NCBI GenBank assembly: GCA_964016885.1
Contig: OZ024759.1
Coordinates: forward strand, 22,134,001 to 22,198,000
DNA length: 64,000 bases
Reading direction: 5' to 3'
Source of the DNA: Eledone cirrhosa
Lineage: Eukaryota
Positions within the stretch are counted from its first letter, which is position 1. The number at the start of each line of letters is the position of its first letter. The notes beneath the pieces are model-generated. The model did not search any database. It had not been told where the DNA came from and worked only from the letters and a program-made list of their open reading frames with translations. Made by a program: the position numbers and the translations under genes. Shown piece after piece: positions 53,592 to 64,000 of the stretch.

Positions 53592-53744
53592 GTTCCAGCT
53601 ACTCGGCCCACCATTCCTGCTCCTCAACCTTCACAGCCACCAGCATCTCAACCGGCCATTATGACTCCTTCTGAAGAGGCCCCTCCATATTCAGCTGTTG
53701 GGGCCCAGAAAATAGATACTAGTGACCTTCAGCGCAGGCAAGAG
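53592..53744 (+). CDS. SCAMP: SCAMP coding exon 3 (Pro-rich VPATRPT...PAIMTPSEEAPPYS...DLQRRQE)
   Basis: tttcag acceptor, GTAAGC donor, 153 nt, phase 0/0; PAIM motif and start of the coiled coil. Confidence 0.92.
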
Positions 53745-54206
53745 GTAAGCAGAGGAGAAGAATATTAATCTATATCTCTTTACACCTAGAGGCAGACATG
53801 GACTTCATAAGCCGTAGTGAAGGCAATCCGTGAGAAGAGTAGACACTCCAAATTAAAACTGATATAGAGTGGAGAAGACTCTTGAGTCCAATAAGACAAC
53901 CACTCTTCTGCTGGTGGCATGAATAATGGACCCAGTCCATGCTGTGAAGTGGTTAGTGATAGGAAGAGCATCCAGCTAGAAAAAAAACCCTGCCAAAATT
54001 TTGTAAAGTACATTGTGGTAGAATACTTAATCTGTATCTCTTTACACTATCTCTGTAAAGAGTCTGATGGTGTGTGGTTTAGTAGTTAAGTTGTTGGACA
54101 CATGATTGTAAGATCAAGGGTTCAATCTCCAGACTGAGCAGCACGTAATCCTTCAAGGTAGAACTAGGCCTTGCCCCTGTCATTGAGGTGCGAGCTGCAA
54201 ATTCTA

Positions 54207-54239
<33 letters not shown>

Positions 54240-54901
54240 GGAGTGAGGTCTGTCTTGATGTGACTGGGGGCTTCAACATCCTATGAAACTGGGATAAGCT
54301 CCATTCTGATGAGCTGTTATACTTGAGAATCACTTTAACCTTTTTGGAACTGCGTTTCATTAAAAATACAGTTTCAATCAGTTAATGAAGAATTTTTAGA
54401 GATTAACTAAAATTTTTGTTTCATTATATCTAGGGTGGGTAAAATTCCTGAGATCTATGGATGAGTTCTCTCCGGCTGTCTCTGCTTTTCATCATCACCG
54501 CTGTGTCCCGCATCTCCCAGAGACCAGATCTATATATATATATAATCTAATCTCATCTAGGGCAGGTAAAATTCCTGAGATCCATGGACTAGTTCTCTCC
54601 AGCGGTCTCCCTCTTCCAGTGTGTCTGTGTAGGGGCTCCCACAGGACCACTGACTGAGTGCAGTGTCAGCACTGAATGTCAGTGAGCATGTCCAGCTAAC
54701 CTCAGTCTCCTGTGTTACACTATTTCATTAATAAGATTGACACCAATGACACTGATGATGATGACAATAATGACATTGATGACACGATGAACTGATGATG
54801 ATGATGACAATGACATTGATAATGACGATGACACCGATGATGACTATGACACTGATGATAATGACTGAGTCTTTGATATATTTTTTCTTTACTTCTAACA
54901 G

Positions 54902-54968
54902 GAACTGGAAAGAAAAGCAGCCGAGCTACAACGTAAAGAGCAAGATATGCGTAATATGCAGTTTCAAG
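54902..54968 (+). CDS. SCAMP: SCAMP coding exon 4 (ELERKAAELQRKEQDMRNMQFQ)
   Basis: Polypyrimidine tract plus ctaacag acceptor, GTTGGT donor, phase 0/1; conserved ELERKAAEL coiled coil. Confidence 0.95.
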
Positions 54969-55059
54969 GTTGGTTCGTTTAGAATATCTTGTGTGTTTTC
55001 TTATTTTGGTTGTACTGAATTAAATGCCTACTCTTTCTCATATAGCTCCTTCACACATA

Positions 55060-55540
55060 TGGTGTCAGGAGATGATCTGCAAGACACCACCACATACCAA
55101 ATCCTAGCATGACTTTCCCATCCATGAAGACTTGGAAAACCTTCCCAAGATGCGCTTAAAATCACACACACTTAAAATGCTTCAAGAAAATAACTTTGAT
55201 CTGAAGGAAGAGTAATGAAGATCATAGAATGAGTCCAAATTTGCCAATTAAGACCTTATCCAGGACCCACATCTAAACCAGCCGGCTTTGACCTTGTTAG
55301 AAGGGAATGGGTATCCCTTAATCAGATCTGCACCAAGACAGCCCATCATCTCTATCAAAGGAAAATGGACAGCCCAGCATGTGACTGTGGAAACCCTAAC
55401 CAGACGGTGCTGCATGTTGTTCGGGATTGCCCTCAGACATTTTCCCAGCTGCCTGGAGGCAATCTATAATACTACAAGTGGTGCCCTAGTCAGACTCACC
55501 AATTTCGATCTCTCTTTTAAATTGCTTCAAACTGGGAATA
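55060..55540 (+). mobile_element. I-group (Ingi/Vingi-like) LINE C-terminal remnant
   Basis: One frame reads DSPACDCGNPNQTVLHVVRDCP, a C-terminal CCHC-type knuckle; family assignment tentative. Confidence 0.5.
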
Positions 55541-55731
55541 CATGTTAACCTTTTCAGTACCATATCTCTTGTGAAAAACTGCCTATAATTTTCTCCTGAT
55601 TTTGGAAATAATTGGATATTTAGAGGGATTTAGTAATATAACTAATTTTTTCATTATCAAGCTTGTATTTAGAACATAACAAAGTTTCTTATGATAGAAG
55701 GTGATCTTTAAATAAATTTATACACTTTTAA

Positions 55732-55939
55732 CCCGTTAGCATTTAAACCGGCTGTATCCTGCCAGAATTCTCTCACCTCTTTCTGTTCCAACCAGCCATA
55801 ACTAGCCACTCATACTGACGTTAAGGTATTGTTCTCAAAATAAATAATATCAAAATCTCATAGATTGGATATTATGTGAGGTAAATCCTTTACTGTGAAA
55901 ATACAATAATAAATATAGAGTAATGTAAATGCGAAAGGG
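55732..55939. mobile_element. piggyBac-like MITE (TTAA-CCCTTTAGCATTTA...TAAATGCTAAAGGG-TTAA), about 208 bp
   Basis: TIRs and TTAA flanks; copies at 38020-38223, 46784-46991, and 50704-51103 (two units). Confidence 0.8.
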
Positions 55940-56093
55940 TTAATCATACAGTTATGTGATGTAAAACTTGGGCTGGTTCCAGGAGGTTGATATCAAAGGG
56001 GTTAATTTCTAGTAACGTTTTGTGGATACTCAGAGAGTTAAGACATTATTCTTAATGGTATTTCTTACTGTATTCTTTGTTTTCTATTCACAG

Positions 56094-56222
56094 CCAAACT
56101 TAACAACTGGCCACCACTGCCGAAATGGTTTCCATTAGGACCTTGCTTCTACCAAGACTTCAGTGTTGATATTCCTCTTGAATTTCAGAGAACTGTCAAA
56201 TTTGCTTACTACCTATGGATGT
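56094..56222 (+). CDS. SCAMP: SCAMP coding exon 5 ([43 protein letters not shown])
   Basis: cacag acceptor, GTAAGT donor, phase 1/1; NNWPPLP...[11 protein letters not shown] is the start of the SCAMP domain. Confidence 0.97.
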
Positions 56223-57781
56223 GTAAGTATCCACCTCCTCCTCTTCTCTCCCCCCCCCCCTCTCTTTTCTACTTCTTCTTTTTCGCCTTCTTTCTTTTTT
56301 CTTTTTCTTCTTCCCCCATTTACTCCTGAGAGGGTCATGGGGGCGCAGAGTCCAAACACTCCTTCCAACGAGTTCTGTCAGAAGCAATCAACTCCAATTG
56401 ATCTTGCTGGATCCCCAAGTGAAACCAGCCAAGCTCATGGATATTATCCAACCATCTTGCTTGAGGTCCACCCCTGGGTCTCCTGCCAGGTGGTTTTGCC
56501 CATAAAATCTGTCCAGCAATTCTTTCCTGAGTCATTCTAACCACATACCCATAGTATCAGAGCTGTGATCTCTCAATTCAGAGATTCTTTCCTGAGACAT
56601 TCTAACCACATGCCCATAGTAACAGCAATGTGATCACGCCATGCCTTGCTCATTGTGTGGGGAACTGGGTGGCACCGTTGTGAGGCAAGTCTGGCCAATT
56701 GGCCATGTCATACCTTGCTCAAAATAGGACTGTATTTTGGCTGGGATTTTAAGACCCCCATTGGTTCTGGATGATCATTATTGTTATTATGTTTGAAACG
56801 TTTGAGGACAAGAATCGTAGTCCCCAGCCGAGCGCTCATCAACTTCAAGTTCCTCTGAGCGAGGAAGGTGAAGATAGAGAGGAAAGATGGTTGACAGCTA
56901 TGAGATTGACGAGGCTGAATGATCCTCTTCTGATTATTCTTTACTAAGCTGGAGGAAAGAAACTGGGAGAGGCCATGAGGCAACTGAGTAATGTGGGGTT
57001 CTCCATGGAATTACTCTAAAGTGCAGCCCCCTTCCATTCTAATGAAGAATTGGTCCCATTTGTCATTTGTTATTGCTTTCTATTATGAAGATTGTTTTTG
57101 ACAATTCCTATTATTGCTATTAAAGGCAGTGGATGCTTTGTGGTATTCATTTCGTCTCTCTGCTCTCAAATCCCACCAAGGTCAACTTTGCCTTTCATCC
57201 ATTCAAGGTCTATAAAAATAAAAAGTACCAGTCTAGTACTGGGGTGGATTCTTCCTCTATATTTCTTTCTCTGGAAGAAATCTGCTGTATTTAGACCTGG
57301 AGAGGAGATGGGCTCCACCTGGTTTTAAAAATGCCTTAGAAATGCTGTATGTCAATATGGTGCCCCTACAATTCCCTTAAGTGTTACGGGACCATACCAT
57401 GCCATATATCTCTTTCTCACTTCCATTCACTCTCTCTCTCAATCATTCTTTCAAAGAAATCAGCTGTGTTCATACCTGAAGAGGATTGGGCTCTGCCAGG
57501 TTTTTAAAAAAATGCTTGCTGTATGTCACCACGGTGTCCCTATGACTTTTTAAGGGGTTACGGGATCATGCATGAATTATTTTTATTCCTACTGTTTTAT
57601 CTTCAGTGATGTCCCTTTTTCTCTACTCGATGTAAACCCTACTCCATGTTGTCTTTGAGCTTGAATTGTCCCCTTTCTTTAGCCTTCAGCACGCTCTAAG
57701 TGCCTTATGTCGCCAATTGAGTAAAAGTTAATTTCTTGGAGCCTAAAGAAATCTTTAATGTTGTTTTTTTCTTTTTTGCAG

Positions 57782-57941
57782 TGTATGTTTTTGTATTATT
57801 CCTAAATTTCCTTGGAAGTCTTGCCAACCTGATATCTACAACAAAAGGGGCTGAAACCTTCGGATTTTCTATACTCTGGTTCATATTATTCACGCCTTGT
57901 TCGTTTGTTTGTTGGTACCGACCCCTCTATAAAGCTTTCAG
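57782..57941 (+). CDS. SCAMP: SCAMP coding exon 6 (TM1-TM2 and E-peptide [11 protein letters not shown])
   Basis: ttttttgcag acceptor, GTAAGT donor, phase 1/2; [18 protein letters not shown] signature. Confidence 0.97.
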
Positions 57942-58329
57942 GTAAGTAAACAATGTCATTGTCATCATCAGCAATAGCAGCATCATTCCCACCACTGTCA
58001 CCATCATCATTACCACCACTGTCACCATCATCATTACCACCACTGTCACCACCATCATCACCGTCACCATTACCACCACCACCATCCTCATCACTGTCAC
58101 CATCCTCATCACCATCACTATCCTCATTACCGCCACCATCACAATCATCATCACCGTCACCACCTTCATCATTACCACAACCAGTGTCACCTCCATTTTA
58201 TTGTCATCTTTCAATGATGGTATGTGTTGGGTAAGTCCTTATGTTCTAAGGAAAAGCTTGTTTAGATACAATGCCATGCTCATACATTCCATATTTTAGT
58301 ATGGCTTTTACAACTCAATGGCCTTTCTA

Positions 58330-58726
58330 ACACCAACCACTATACAGAGTGCACTGGGAGCACAAATTATTGTGGCACCAACACTACCACTTTATAGAAT
58401 ATACTGGATGTATTTTATTGTGGCACCAGTACTACCTCTTTATAGAATGTACTGGGTGTATTTTATTGTGGCACCAGTACTACTTTTTTACAGAGTGTAT
58501 TGGGTTTATTCTATTGTGGCAGGAGCACTACCACTTAACATACGGTACTGGGTGTATTTTATTGTGACACCAGTACTACTTTTTTACAGAGTGTATTGGG
58601 TTTATTCTATTGTGGCAGGAGCACTACCACTTAACATACGGTACTGGGTGTATTTTATTGTGACACCAGTACTACTACTTTACAGTACTATACTGTACTG
58701 GGTGTATTTTATCGTGACACCAGCAT
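58330..58726. repeat. Approximately 39-bp tandem repeats derived from a retroposon 3'UTR
   Basis: tttacagagtgtactgggtgtattttattgtggcaccagtactac units; related arrays at 30560-30740, 44240-44500, 53320-53430. Confidence 0.75.
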
Positions 58727-59477
58727 AATATAAGTACATTTCTGATCTTAATTTAGTTAACTGTTCCTTTCCCCCAAATTGCTAGCATTAAACCAACATT
58801 AAAATTATTATTATTATTATTAGAGTGGTGGATTAACAGTGTCGTTAGATTGTCAGACAACATGCTTTAAGGCATAGGGTTACATCCCTTTTTGATCTGA
58901 GTTCAAATCCTGCCGATGTTAGCTTTGCCTTTCATCCTTAGGGGGGTTGATAAAATAAAGTAACAGTAATGCACTGGGGTTGATTTATTCAACTTTCCTC
59001 TTCCCCGAAATTGTTAGCCTTGTAGCTCAAGTTTCACTTGGAAAGGAAGTTGAGGGTGGGTGGAGAGAGAAGTGCTGTAACCCCCCCCCCCCTCCCCCTT
59101 CCTTCAGTACATTTGTTGAAAGGTGGGTGAATGTGGCAAAAGTGGCCCGTGTGAATGGGACTGCTCTGAGCATGCACCTGTAGGCTGGCTAATTTGAGGA
59201 GGAGAGGGATACCCTTTCCAGGTACCCTTGAAGTAGTATCAGGTGGTTCAGAATTGTTTGGGTACCTGAGTTGTCTCTGAGTAGGTATCCCCACTATTGG
59301 GGAACTCTGTTGTTTGCATTTTTATTGTTATATTTTTTACACGTTATATATGTAACCCCCCCCCCCCCACTGTCTATTGTGTTGTCCCCTATATGTAGGC
59401 CCTTGTGGCCAATAAAGAAATAATAATTATTATTAATGTACTAAAGTCCTATTTGTTCTTTGTTTTCTATTATCCAG

Positions 59478-59576
59478 GAGTGACAGCTCATTCAACTTCT
59501 TCATATTTTTCTTCGTATTCTTCTTTCAATTTTGCACATGTGTGATCATGTCATTGGGAATTCCTGGTTTCACAGT
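59478..59576 (+). CDS. SCAMP: SCAMP coding exon 7 (SDSSFNFFIFFFVFFFQFCTCVIMSLGIPGFT); gene continues past the window
   Basis: tatccag acceptor, GTAAGT donor at 59577, phase 2/2; RSDSSFNF motif and TM3. No convincing next exon found before 64000. Confidence 0.95.
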
Positions 59577-59589
59577 GTAAGTACACTTC

Positions 59590-59806
59590 TAATCTCTCCC
59601 TCTCTCTCTCACACACTCTCTCTTTAACACTTCTCCTCTCTCTCTCACACCACACTCCCTTTTAAGCTTCTCATTTATCTCTCTTTCACACACACACTCT
59701 CTTACACACTCTCTTTTATACTTCTCATCTCTCTCTCACACACACTCTCTTTTTTATACTTCTCATCTCTCTCTCTTTCTCTCTCACACACACTCTTTTA
59801 TACTTC

Positions 59807-59885
<79 letters not shown>

Positions 59886-60195
59886 TCTTTTATACTTCTC
59901 ATCTCTCTCACGCACTCTTTTACACTTCTCATCTCTCTCTCTCTTTCTCTCTCACACACACACTCTTTCATACTTCTCATCTCTCTCTCTCTTTCTCTCT
60001 CACACACACACTCTTTTATACTTCTCATCTCTCTCTCTCTTTCTCTCTCACACACACACTCTTTTATACTTCTCAATTCTCTCTCTCTCGCACACACTCT
60101 CTTTTACACTTCTCATCTCTCTCTCTCTTACACTTTTCATCTCTCTCTCTCTCTCTTACACTGTTCTCTCTTTCTCACTTCTGTTTCTCTCTCTT
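59590..60195. repeat. CT-rich compound minisatellite (cacacactctttttatacttctcatctctctct)
   Basis: Visible tandem units plus a pure (CT)n tract. Confidence 0.85.
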
Positions 60196-61248
60196 CAGGG
60201 GTCGATAAAATAAAGCACTAGTAATGCACTGGGGTCAATTTAATTTACTTTCCCTTCCCCCCAAAATGTTGGTCTTGTGCTTAAATCAGAAACCATTATT
60301 ATTATTATTATTATATTATAAAGGATGTGGATTGGCAGAATCGGTAGAGTGTCGGACAACATGCTTAGCGGCGTATAATTACGACCCTTTACAGTCTGAG
60401 TTCAAATCCCGCTGAGGTTAGCTTTGCCTTTCATCCTTACGGGGTCGATAAATAAAGTACCAGTAATGCACTGGGGTCGATTTAATCGATTTTCCCCTAC
60501 CCTTCAGATTGCTGACCTTGTGCCTAAAGTAGAAACCTTTATTATTATATTGTTTATTATTTTTGTTATTATACTGTTGTTGTTAATGTTATTGCTCTCA
60601 TCTTCCTCATTATCATAATTATCACCACTGTGTACTGAATGCTGTGTAGAATTAATGATGAGTTTCCTCTATTAACTACCTCGTTATTTTTCTAACGAAC
60701 CATCGTTGATAATTTGCTTGTGTGTTGTGTGTTTGTTTGTTTCAATGGTTTGTGAAAGTCACTTGTACTTCTCTACTGCAACCTAAACACTATGTACTTC
60801 TCTACTGCAACCTAAACACTATGTACAAAATATATACATCAAATGAAATCTCTTGCTGAATTCAGTCACCACACATATCTAGACACACACACACAGGCAC
60901 GTCTCTAAACACATATACACACACACTACTATATATATATATATTTAATATAGAAATGGCTTCTGATGATTTCTTCCAAATAAAACAGTTCTAGTCCTAT
61001 AGAAACCATTTCTATGTTAAATATTTATACTCTGCTATGTATTGAGTACCTTACTTACTGTGGTTACCCCCAATTGAACCCGGGATAAACTCTCTATATA
61101 TATATTTATTTAGGTTTGTTGGTTCACCACTGGATAGAACTTGAGAGTGGCTGACCGGGGTAGAAGCTGCTAAATGTTCAGTCGCCCTCATGTCTCTGAT
61201 TTTCAGCCCCATGGATTTTGTCTATTATATTCCTTTGTTATATTTCGA

Positions 61249-61306
61249 ATACTTGATGATGTCACTGGATTCATACTGAACCTGGTCACTGAAATGATCA
61301 GAGTAT
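61249..61306 (+). ncRNA. Degenerate hammerhead motif related to 13554-13611
   Basis: ATAC-TTGATGA-[tgtcactggattc..gaacctggtcact]-GAAA-TGATCA-GA-GTAT; C3U and U16.1G changes. Confidence 0.55.
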
Positions 61307-61376
61307 AATAAACCTTTTAAGGAATTACACCAGTCCAGCCTCCTGTTATTTTATAATATATATATATATATATATA

Positions 61377-62255
61377 CAGGGTGCAGATGATATCTGTTCG
61401 CAAGATTACTGTCTAGGAAAAAATAAGACAGTAGCTTTATTTTTTAAGATTTATTTATCAAACTTGGGTCAGTTTGTCTTCATGACTTGTTTTTTCGATC
61501 TCACTCGATAAACCCGCCATTGGCTTTGATGACGGCCTCGGAATTGGCTACAGGCCTTCGTCACTGTCCCCTGACTTAGGCCCCTAAAGGCACTTGTGAT
61601 CCTGGCCTTCAGATCATCTTTCGTATTGCAGCTAGATCTGTTGGTGTCTCGTTCCACTGCGCCCCACACAAAGAAGTCGAGGGGGTTGCAGTCAGGCGAG
61701 CTAGGAGGCCAGATGTCGGGTGAAGTGTGGTCGACGAAGTTCTCTGACAGCCAGGCTTGGGTCTTTCGGCTGGTTTGGCAGGGCGCTGAGTCTTGCTGCC
61801 ACATGTACGGCCTACCTGCAGCTACCTGGTCGATCCAGGGCTTTACTACCTTGCTCAGAACGCAGATGTAGCCATCGGTGTTCAGCTTGAGGCCCTCAGG
61901 GAAGAAGTGAGGTGGCATGACATCACCTTGACTGCCAACGACACCTAAAACCAATGTTGTCTCTGGAAACTTTGTCTGCATGACTCTGGGCACGTCTTTG
62001 GATGAGACAGCGAGCCACCTGTTGTTCTGGGAGTTGATCTTCTGGTCTTATTTGTCCTCCCGGTGCGGATTCCAAAAAGAACTCCATGTCTCTTCCACAA
62101 ATTTGGAAGTTCAGAATTATTCATAATCAATTATTCTGAAAATAAATAATGGAAATATAGTCAGTTTTTATGAAGACAAGAGTGACAATGGAAGTAAAAA
62201 AAATTTGCATAAAATTAGCAGTTGAAAATTGCGAACAAATATCGTCCGCACCCTG
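61377..62255 (-). mobile_element. Tc1/mariner superfamily DD37D (maT-type) element, internally deleted
   Basis: TIRs CAGGGTGC.GA.GATAT.TGTTCGCAA, TA at the left end; ORF 61469-61993 has QQDSAP...WPPSSPDCNPLDF with 37 residues between the last two Asp. Confidence 0.9.
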
Positions 62256-62261
62256 AGTATG

Positions 62262-62304
<43 letters not shown>

Positions 62305-62942
62305 ATACAGTGTACCTCTGGCATTCACAGTCCCAGATATTCATAGAGTTTTCCTTAGAACGTAACTAATAATTGTTCGTGGAAACCACCGCATATTTGC
62401 GGAATCGTATAAGATGAAGGGTGATTTTCTGGGACATGTTTGGGAACAAAAAGTGCATCTTATAAGCTGTAAAATATGGTACATACTACTGACTGACACA
62501 CATACACATTCACACACACACATGCATATTCACACACACACACACACATTCAAATTCACACACACACATTCAAACAACTGATACATTCACACACACTCAC
62601 TGACACACCCACACAGACACACCCATTCTGAAAAGATATATATATACCTATATGTGCTGTGCAGTGACCAAACATACACACACTGACACACACACACACA
62701 CACACTGACACACATACACACACACACACATATATATTCTGAAAAGATATTTACATGAGCTGTACAGTGACCAAACCATTGTAGTTTTTTTGGTGTTATG
62801 TTGCCTTTAACTTTATTATTATTTTCTGTTAATGCAGTGTTTGTCATGTTTTCTAATGAAATATTTGTTTTGTTTTAGTGTGCCTTGCTTCCTGATTATA
62901 TAGGGGAGTGCTATAAATAGATTATTTCTTACTTTACACATT

Positions 62943-62986
<44 letters not shown>

Positions 62987-64000
62987 ATGGAGGTGGTAAA
63001 ACCCAGTTAGACCATTACTCACCGGAGTACTCAATACTTGGGGTAGTAGAGTGGGTAATGTGAAAAATTTGGAACCCCGGCGGTTGAGCTCCCAGTCGTT
63101 TCAATAGCTAGATCCAAATTCAGTTTGGATCTAGCTGTTGAAACAGCCAGAGCTCAGCCGTCGGGGTCCCGAATTTTCATATATATATATATATATATTG
63201 TATTAAAGCAATTAACTTTGTGTCTACTCTGGGATTTTTACATAAGCTTACCTATTGAGTACGCTGAGATGCAACTGGTACTAGCAGGGAAACTTATGCT
63301 AGTCCCGTTAACTTGTTATTATATATATATATATATATATAAAGAAGGAAATGGTAGTTTACTTGAAGCATTGCGTAGTGAGGTATAAACGTTTGAAGTT
63401 AGAAGGCTAGAACAAGGCAGGTATGGATATAGAATATAAATACAAATGCAAAAGATATTCCTCACAATTAGTCTTTTACCACAAATTTATTTGAATATCA
63501 AATATATTCAAATAAATTTAAGGTAAAAGACTAATTCTCAGCACTATCTTTTGCATTTCTATTTATATTCCATATCCATACCTGCCTTGTACTGGCCTTC
63601 TAACCAAACGTTTATATAGATACAGATATAGATAGATAGGTAGATAGATATACACATGTATATATAAATCATTATTATCATTCAGGGCGGTGAATTGGCA
63701 GTATCGGTAGAGGGTTGGACGCTATGCTTTCTAGCATAGTTACGTTTCTTTACGGTCTGAGTTCAAATCCCGTCGAGGTTAACTTTGCCTTTCATCCTTA
63801 CGGGGTCGATAAAATAAAGTACCAGTAATGTACTGGGTTATTGCTAGCCTTGTGCCAAAATTAGAAACAATTATTATCATTCAACATGTTTATATATACA
63901 CTGCACGTGCATCAAGTGCTCATATTTGTACCACTGAATAGCCTATTCTATATCCAGTTCCTCCTCACTCCTGTTGGGGGAACCGCTGCCTGGTTGACCC

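Noticed and set aside
58330-58726. CRISPR-like regular repeats
   Set aside because: No unique spacers, eukaryotic context, no cas genes; tandem repeats from a retroposon tail
63683-63875. tRNA-like A and B boxes
   Set aside because: They belong to multi-copy SINE heads; no complete cloverleaf, so no tRNA gene is called
59577-64000. SCAMP exon 8 (TM4 and C-terminus)
   Set aside because: No phase-2 acceptor followed by a SCAMP-like sequence was found; probably downstream of the window

Overview
AT-rich, microsatellite-saturated animal genomic DNA. The SINE types and the (TA)n/(CA)n density suggest an octopus or other coleoid cephalopod; that is an inference. The only host gene is a + strand SCAMP (secretory carrier membrane protein). 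I assembled seven GT-AG coding exons by hand (15686-59576, 250 codons plus 2 nt, no stops); the last exons lie beyond the window. The rest is transposon debris: hAT/Charlie, Tigger/pogo, a DD37D maT element, TTAA-flanked MITEs, RTE/CR1/CRE/I-group LINE fragments, two tRNA-derived SINE families and two Penelope-like (PLE) GIY-YIG remnants. The most striking unannotated signal is about a dozen type I hammerhead-ribozyme (HHR) motifs, from intact-looking to degenerate. They share a palindromic stem III and often a long, covarying stem II. They sit in short (TA)n-flanked, often fold-back elements, with a dense cluster 1-2.6 kb upstream of the SCAMP ATG and sense-strand copies inside SCAMP introns. 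Nearly all ORFs in the supplied track are microsatellite artefacts.
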